This document shows, one piece after another, positions 58,101 through 64,000 of a DNA stretch of 64,000 bases. Position numbers and translations under genes: made by a program. This DNA is from Candidatus Latescibacterota bacterium (lineage in GTDB: Bacteria > Latescibacterota > UBA2968 > GCA-2709665). The stretch covers positions 32,001-96,000 of the forward strand of contig CAXXJS010000028.1 of NCBI GenBank assembly GCA_963662665.2, in the 5' to 3' direction. Below the pieces are notes generated by a model. That model saw only the letters and a program-made list of their open reading frames with translations, had not been told where the DNA came from and searched no databases. Numbering within the stretch: the stretch's first letter is position 1; each line of letters opens with the position of its first letter.

Positions 58101-59009
58101 ATGGATTTAATTACGCTCAAGACATGGTCGGAAGCGGACATCCTGGAAACAGTAGAAGCGGGTCTGTTGATGAAGGCAGCCCCGAAACGGTTTTCGGGCG
58201 CACTGCATGGCCGGACGCTGGCGATGCTGTTTCAGAAGCCGTCGACGCGTACCCGGTGTTCGTTTGAGACGGGCATGAACCAGTTGGGCGGGTATGCCAT
58301 GAATCTGGACTGGCGCGCCACCAATTTCCAGCTGGCGGATCTTGGAGATGAGGCCCAGGTACTTTCCCGGTACTCTGACGTCATTATGGCCCGGATGTTG
58401 AACCACTGCGACCTGAAGAAACTTGCCGCCGGGGCCGAGGTGCCTGTGATTAACGGGTGCTGCAACCGGTACCATCCCTGCCAGGCGCTTGGCGATCTGA
58501 TGACGGTCCGCGAAATCCGGGGAAAACTCGAGGGCGCTCACATGGTTTACGTGGGCATTCGGAACAATGTGTGCAATTCATTGATCGCCGGATGTACCAA
58601 GGCCGGAGTGAGAATCACGACGGTGACGCCGGAGGTGAACAAACCTTCCAACGACGAGGATCTCACCGAACAGGCTCGGACGACCGGTCTCTTCGAGGAG
58701 ACCCTTGACCTGGAGGCGGCAGTGGCGGACGCGGATTTTCTATATACGGACACCTGGATCGACATGGAGTTTTTCGAAGATCCCGCGTATGAATCCGAGA
58801 AAAAGCGTCGCGTTGAGGCGTTCGCTCCGTATCAGATAAATGAGGACCTGCTCGACAAGACCGGAGCGCTGGTTATGCATTGCCTGCCCGCACACAAAGG
58901 ATACGAGTTGACGGCGGAAGTGATGGCAAGCCCGAGATGCGTGGCGGTGGACCAGGCGGAAAACAGGATGCACGTCCAAAAGGCGATCCTGACACAGTTG
59001 CTGGGATAA
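58101..59009 (+). CDS. argF: Ornithine carbamoyltransferase
   Basis: KPSTRTRCSFE, HPCQALGD, YTDTW, MHCLPA, QAENR. Confidence 0.9.
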   Translation: MDLITLKTWSEADILETVEAGLLMKAAPKRFSGALHGRTLAMLFQKPSTRTRCSFETGMNQLGGYAMNLDWRATNFQLADLGDEAQVLSRYSDVIMARMLNHCDLKKLAAGAEVPVINGCCNRYHPCQALGDLMTVREIRGKLEGAHMVYVGIRNNVCNSLIAGCTKAGVRITTVTPEVNKPSNDEDLTEQARTTGLFEETLDLEAAVADADFLYTDTWIDMEFFEDPAYESEKKRRVEAFAPYQINEDLLDKTGALVMHCLPAHKGYELTAEVMASPRCVAVDQAENRMHVQKAILTQLLG

Positions 59010-59047
59010 CGCCGCCACCCACGCGCGGCATGGGAGTATGGATCGGC

Positions 59048-59683
59048 GTGGCCGGACTGTTTATTACGTTTGAAGGCATCGACAGGAGTGGGAAAACCAC
59101 GCAGGCCGAACGGCTTGTCGAGCGGCTTCGTGCGGAAGGCCGGGCCGTGGTATTCACTCGTGAGCCGGGTGGCACCGGGCTGGGCCGAATGGTTCGCAGT
59201 CTTGTGCTGGCGCGTCGATCGGAAGTGGACCCCGCCGCGGAGATGCTGTTATTCGCAGCGGATAGGGCTCAGCATGTCAACACGGTGGTCCGGCCTGCCC
59301 TGTCACAGGGGAAAGTGGTTGTTTCAGACCGCTATGTCGATTCCACCGTCGTCTATCAGGGATATGGGCGCGGGCTGGAACTGAATCGCATTCAGGCGGT
59401 TCAGGAAGTGGCCGCCGGGGGGCTCAGGCCTGACCTGACCGTTTGGATCGACGTGAACCTCGAGACCGTTAAACAGCGGTGGATTCCCGCAGATGCCGAC
59501 AGGCTGGAAGCGTCCGGAGATGCATTTTTCGGCAGGGTAAGGGACGGGTATCGAAAGATATGGCTGTCGGAACCGGACCGCGTTCTTCGGATTGACGGTC
59601 GGCGATCCGTCGAAGATCTGGCGTGCAGGATCTACAACGAGACGCATAGACGGCTGGCCGGCGCGGTTGGGCCCAACGGTTGA
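59048..59683 (+). CDS. tmk: Thymidylate kinase
   Basis: FITFEGIDRSGKTTQ, TREPGG, LFAADRAQH, SDRY..YQGYGRG, PDLT. Confidence 0.95.
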   Translation: MAGLFITFEGIDRSGKTTQAERLVERLRAEGRAVVFTREPGGTGLGRMVRSLVLARRSEVDPAAEMLLFAADRAQHVNTVVRPALSQGKVVVSDRYVDSTVVYQGYGRGLELNRIQAVQEVAAGGLRPDLTVWIDVNLETVKQRWIPADADRLEASGDAFFGRVRDGYRKIWLSEPDRVLRIDGRRSVEDLACRIYNETHRRLAGAVGPNG

Positions 59684-59798
59684 TATACAGGCAAGACCGG
59701 GCGCATGGGCGGGTGTCCGGGAAGAAGAGGTCGCGTTTGGAATCGCAGCATACAGGGACTTCATGGAATAGCAGGACCTGAGAATGCGGAGGTGGAAA

Positions 59799-61721
59799 AT
59801 GAGCGGACGGAAACGCAGACGAATATGGGTTGGAGCGGTGCTGGTCGGCCTTATGGGAACCTGCGTGGTACTTGATTCGCGGCTTGTAAAAGGGGAAGAC
59901 GGGTATGCCTCCGTTGGAAGCGGTATAGAAGAATACGTCGAGACGCTGAAGCTGCTCACCACGAGCTACTACAAGCCCCTGGCATCCGACTCGCTCACGA
60001 CTTCAGCCATTGAAGGCATGCTGGACGAACTGGATCCGTATACCCAAATCCTCGATCGGCGCGGCTTCGATGACCTTATGATCGATACCCAGGGCAAATT
60101 CGGCGGGTTGGGCATCACAATCAGCACCATGAAGAGGAATGGCGTCGAGGTGCCCGTCGTTCTGAGCGTGATCGAGGGTACGCCCGCCGACACATCCGGA
60201 CTTGTCGTTGGCGATCGGATCGTCGCTGTGGATGGCGACCCCACGCTCAACAAGAAACTCGAGGAGGTCGTGGATGTGCTGCGTGGGACGCCGGGGAATC
60301 GGGTTGTGATTGCGATCGACCGGCCCGGGAGATCCGAGCCGTTCGACCAGGAGATAATCCGGGCGCGTATTCGTGTAAAAAGCGTGGCCAGCATTCCCGG
60401 GATTGAAGAAGGGATCGGTTACATTACCATGTCCGGTCTGATCGGCAGCCGGTTTTCGGAATCCACGCCCGGTGAGCTGAAAGCCGCCGTGGATGAGCTG
60501 AAAGCGAAGAATACGAAGGGCATTATCCTGGACCTGCGGGGAAATCCGGGCGGGTTGCTGGCGCAGGCCGTCGCCGTTGCCGACGTGTTTCTGGGACCCG
60601 ACCTGCTGGTTGTCACAACGCGGGGCCGTGTGGATTCGCAAAATAAAGAGTATCGCACTGCGGAAGCGTCCAGGGTTAAGGATATCCCGCTGGTCGTTCT
60701 GGTCAACGCACACAGCGCGAGCGCTTCCGAGATCGTCGCGGGCGCAATCCAGGACTCGGACCGGGGATTGATCCTGGGTATACCGACCTTTGGAAAAGGA
60801 TCCGTACAGTCCTTCCAGCGCGTCAGCCCAAAAAAAGCGCTGAAGTGGACAACGGCGCTCTACTATACCCCCAGCGGACGGAGCATCCACAAAAACAGAC
60901 GGTTTGGACGGCTGGGCAACCTGGCGCTGAATGTGGGGGACTCGCGGGTGCCTCTGTATCAAACCGTTGCAACGATTGCCGGAGAAGAGAGTCGGGAAGA
61001 CGCGATCACGCGGCTTTTCGAGCAGTTTGATCTGGAATCAACGCAGCAGGCGGAGCAACTGTTCGAGATGGAACTGGGGCAGATATTGGGGATGGCGTTG
61101 CGGGAGGACCGTGTCGCCGCCGACGTCTCGGACTCGGCCCGGGCTTTCACCACCGCCGGTGGGCGCACGGTATATGGCGGAGGAGGTATCACACCCGACA
61201 TCGTGGTGAAGCCGAAGCACAGGCCGCGGCTGATTCTCGAAATGTACAGAGCCGGACTCTTTTTCGATTTTGCCGTTGAATACGCCGCGCGGAACACGTT
61301 ACCCCCGAGTCCGGAGGGGTACGAGGTGGGGGACAGGGAGATCGCCGCGTTCCGGGCATTCCTCGCCGACTCGACGAATCTGGGAAATTTCAGGCGTTAC
61401 CGCTCTCCAGCCGAAAACCAATTGGAGAATCTGAACCGGACTCTGGAGGCCTCAGGCCTCGAGGCGAAAGTCGGCCAGGCGTTGGAAGCCCTGCGAACCG
61501 TTGTCGAAGCGGAGCGGGACGCGGAATTCGAAAAGGCCGAACCGTTTATCAGGCTGGAAATCGGAAGGGAACTGGGAAACCGGGTCTGGGGAAAGAGGGG
61601 GCGCATTCTGGCGCGGCTGAAGGGCGATGAACAGTATCAGGAGGCCGTTAGAATTCTCAAAGATCCGGAACGATACAGAAAGAGTATGAAGTTGGCGTTT
61701 GCCGACGAGAACGGGCGCTGA
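59799..61721 (+). CDS. S41A carboxyl-terminal processing protease (CtpA-like) with an internal helical insertion
   Basis: LDPYT, FGGLGI PDZ, LDLRGNPGGLL, SASASEIVAGA, TFGKGSVQ, YYTPSGRSI, GGGITPD. Confidence 0.93.
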   Translation: MSGRKRRRIWVGAVLVGLMGTCVVLDSRLVKGEDGYASVGSGIEEYVETLKLLTTSYYKPLASDSLTTSAIEGMLDELDPYTQILDRRGFDDLMIDTQGKFGGLGITISTMKRNGVEVPVVLSVIEGTPADTSGLVVGDRIVAVDGDPTLNKKLEEVVDVLRGTPGNRVVIAIDRPGRSEPFDQEIIRARIRVKSVASIPGIEEGIGYITMSGLIGSRFSESTPGELKAAVDELKAKNTKGIILDLRGNPGGLLAQAVAVADVFLGPDLLVVTTRGRVDSQNKEYRTAEASRVKDIPLVVLVNAHSASASEIVAGAIQDSDRGLILGIPTFGKGSVQSFQRVSPKKALKWTTALYYTPSGRSIHKNRRFGRLGNLALNVGDSRVPLYQTVATIAGEESREDAITRLFEQFDLESTQQAEQLFEMELGQILGMALREDRVAADVSDSARAFTTAGGRTVYGGGGITPDIVVKPKHRPRLILEMYRAGLFFDFAVEYAARNTLPPSPEGYEVGDREIAAFRAFLADSTNLGNFRRYRSPAENQLENLNRTLEASGLEAKVGQALEALRTVVEAERDAEFEKAEPFIRLEIGRELGNRVWGKRGRILARLKGDEQYQEAVRILKDPERYRKSMKLAFADENGR

Positions 61722-61831
61722 ACCCGGATCTCGCGGCGCGATCCGTTCATGCGTGATCGAAAGTGTATTGCAATAGGAAAAACACGAGCGGAACCAGTAA
61801 TGGAATGCGGGGTCCGGTGGGCAGTTTTGGC

Positions 61832-61860
61832 TTGCCATTTGCCAACACGTGATTTATACT
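61832..61860 (+). promoter_or_regulatory. Sigma70-type promoter
   Basis: TTGCCA-17bp-TATACT. Confidence 0.55.
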
Positions 61861-62029
61861 TAGAACACCGGGTTGATTTCAAATACTTTAATAAACAATA
61901 TCTTAAAAACGTATTGTCCCACCGGACCGGCCGTCGGAACGTCGTCACTCCGTCAGAATCACGCGCAGGATGGTCGGACTCTTCGTGAAGCGCGTACCAA
62001 ACGATATCGTCAATGCGTGGGTGGAGAAG

Positions 62030-62476
62030 ATGGAAGAATCAAACGGTGAACGGGACGATCTCTACGAAAAGGTACTCGAGCACGCCCGTTGCGAAATAGA
62101 TGCCTCCGCATCCCGGGTTGAGGAACTCAGACGCGCGCTCGGCCTTCTCGAAGCGCGCGTTGAGGCGGCCAGGGCGGTCTACGAAGCCGCTGCCGCGCGT
62201 CTGAATCTGGAAGATGAATCGGACGGTCAGGGTGTGTCTGTTTCGGAAACATTGTCATCCGTTCAGACCCTTCTGTCTGTAGACCGACCCTCGAAGCCGC
62301 TGCCGAACCCCCGCGACCAGCGGGAACCCGCTGCGCAGACCGAAGAACAAGGCGGGAATACCGGCAAATCGGGCGAGCCCTGGCGGCGGATGCGGATCGG
62401 TGGATCCACCGTCGTATGGAAACGAGTGAAGAAGCCGAAGCGACGCCGTAGCCAGCGCGGGAGTCAGCCATCCTGA
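62030..62476 (+). CDS. Hypothetical protein with N-terminal coiled coil
   Basis: GGAG RBS; heptad-like LYEKVLEHARCEIDASASRVEELRRALGLLEARVEAARAVYE; disordered basic C-terminus. Confidence 0.55.
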   Translation: MEESNGERDDLYEKVLEHARCEIDASASRVEELRRALGLLEARVEAARAVYEAAAARLNLEDESDGQGVSVSETLSSVQTLLSVDRPSKPLPNPRDQREPAAQTEEQGGNTGKSGEPWRRMRIGGSTVVWKRVKKPKRRRSQRGSQPS

Positions 62477-62608
62477 GCTTTCGCCGCGCGAAGACCGCCG
62501 GGAGTTTTTATACAGCTTCTCAAAGTGAAACCCGGACGCCGACGCAGGGAATGTCATTTAATGGCACATTCCCTGTTTTTTTGCTATCTTAACCTTGTGT
62601 TCAGTACC

Positions 62609-62817
62609 ATTTTCGCATATTACCTCAATTCGATAAATACAGCAACGCGGCGCCGCGACAAGACCTTCCGAAATGGGCCGAAAAGGTCGTTTAAATGGAC
62701 ATTTTATCCGTTCACGTCCAGTGATCTGAAGTATCCTGGAAAACCGAAGTCGAATCGCTTTTGTTAACTTGAATATGTCCGATTCAACGTCCCCGAAAAA
62801 TGACGAATCAAAGTTAG
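62609..62817. repeat. Repeat family R1, copy C (intron-free; equivalent site 62800/62801)
   Basis: Aligns along its length with 33722-33902+34659-34676 (CCTCAAT..ACAGCAAC..CGCGAC..GGGCCG..GGTCGT..GTTCACGTCCAGT..AATCGC..GAATCAA.GTTAG). Confidence 0.85.
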
Positions 62818-62888
62818 AGATGGCGGTGAATATCCGCGTCCGCCATTGAAGAATCTTTATTGGAAACCACCAGGTCAGGTGAGCAAGT

Positions 62889-64000
62889 ATGGGAATCTGT
62901 GCAGAGGAAAAACAGATTGAAGAGATCGACGCGAGGGAGCGCAGCCTCCGTATTGACAGGATGACGCCTTCCGGCGGCCTTTATACGGATGTCCAGCGTA
63001 CCGTACACCCCAACTCGAACAGCCCGTGGAGGGTGTCGCCCGAACCGTTCTGGATGCCACCTCGGGTTGTAGAGCATCTGGAACGTCTGGGCGGGCATTT
63101 GTATGATTTCTATAAAGCCTGCAACCGCCTGTATTCACAAAGCGTCCGGAATATCCAGCCGTCCTGGGTAGCCGCATATCTTGACCAGGGGAAGCCGGAA
63201 ACGGTGATCGGATACGGCCGGATGAACCGATTCAAGCAGCATATGCCCCTGGTAATCCGGCCGGACCTGATTCCGACCCCCAAGGGAACGATCGCTTCGG
63301 AGTTGGACTCGGTGCCGGGGGGCATCGGGTTTACCGCCAGCCTGGCGGAGCGTTACGGCAGTTTCGGGTTTGAAATTGTGGGTGGCGCCGCTGGAATGGT
63401 GAACGGATTTATGGGGATGGTACGGTCGGTTGCCGGCATCGGGGAGCCGGTGCTGGGCATTGTCGTGTCGGACGAGTCATCCGGGTACCGCCCTGAAATG
63501 ACCTGGTTGGGAGAGGCCTTGAATCGTGCCGGATTGGAAACCTATGTTGTGCGCCCGGAAGAGGTCATTTTCAGCGAAGCCGGACTGTTCGTGACCGGGG
63601 CGGGCGGAAGACGGCAGATCGACGTGCTTTACCGGTTTTTCGAGTTATTCGACCTGAAGAATATACCCAAAATGGACCTGATCCTATATGCCATTCGAAA
63701 GGGTACGGTAAAGGCAACGCCGCCGCTGAAGGCCCACCTGGAAGAGAAAATGCTGATGGCCCTGTTCCACCATCCTCTGTTGCGTTCGTTCTGGATTCGC
63801 GAGCTCGGGGAAGAGGGGGTGGAGTTCCTGATGCAGACCTTTCCGAAGACCTGGATAATGGACCCGCGTCCCCTGCCGCCCCACGGCGTTATTTCGGAAT
63901 TGAGCGTGGACGGTCGGGTTTTCGGTAACTGGCAGGACCTCGGCTCACTGCGGCAGAAACAGCGCCGTTTTGTCATTAAGCCGTCCGGGTTCTCGGAACA
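62889..64000 (+). CDS. Conserved-looking hypothetical protein, possibly circularly permuted ATP-grasp (3' partial, absent from ORF track)
   Basis: Open frame to window end: WRVSPEPF, VIRPDL, SELDSVPGGIG, DVLYRFFELFD, HLEEK, FVIKPSGFSE. Confidence 0.7.
   Translation, partial: MGICAEEKQIEEIDARERSLRIDRMTPSGGLYTDVQRTVHPNSNSPWRVSPEPFWMPPRVVEHLERLGGHLYDFYKACNRLYSQSVRNIQPSWVAAYLDQGKPETVIGYGRMNRFKQHMPLVIRPDLIPTPKGTIASELDSVPGGIGFTASLAERYGSFGFEIVGGAAGMVNGFMGMVRSVAGIGEPVLGIVVSDESSGYRPEMTWLGEALNRAGLETYVVRPEEVIFSEAGLFVTGAGGRRQIDVLYRFFELFDLKNIPKMDLILYAIRKGTVKATPPLKAHLEEKMLMALFHHPLLRSFWIRELGEEGVEFLMQTFPKTWIMDPRPLPPHGVISELSVDGRVFGNWQDLGSLRQKQRRFVIKPSGFSE

Noticed and set aside
61828-61842. Sigma54 motif TGGCTTGCCATTTGC
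   Set aside because: Spacing is right but it overlaps a better sigma70 promoter (TTGCCA-17-TATACT), so not called

Overview
Bacterial chromosomal window (GC-rich diderm; gene content suggests an FCB-group lineage such as Latescibacterota or Gemmatimonadota, inference only) spanning the replication-origin region: rsmG-mnmE-yidC-rnpA-rpmH (-) divergent from dnaA-dnaN-recF-DUF721-gyrB-gyrA (+), with two parS sites and degenerate DnaA-box clusters. Left arm: partial TolB/Omp85-like gene, orphan RelB/DinJ antitoxin plus HNH nuclease, sat, clpP, hemE-hemH-hemY, serS, GT2, pbpC plus alpha-2-macroglobulin, an LLM monooxygenase, cupin, penicillin acylase, HAD, CDP-alcohol phosphatidyltransferase, FAH, and an HTH-fused methylmalonyl-CoA mutase with epimerase. 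Right arm: hom, tRNA-Asp, mfd, SurA-like PPIase, S4 protein, methyltransferase, NrnA, argF, tmk, S41 protease and two hypotheticals. Most notable: (1) a 756-nt ORF-less group II intron (33903-34658, -) inserted in one copy of a ~200-bp dispersed repeat whose two intron-free copies are in the same window, with a perfect 7-bp EBS1/IBS1 match only at the occupied copy; (2) an XRE-HTH::acyl-CoA mutase fusion with a parS site embedded in its codons; (3) a GyrA-like helical module inserted in the S41 protease; (4) a small ORF behind a sigma54-type promoter. No CRISPR array, rRNA or intact transposase was seen. All calls were made by eye; no database searches were run.
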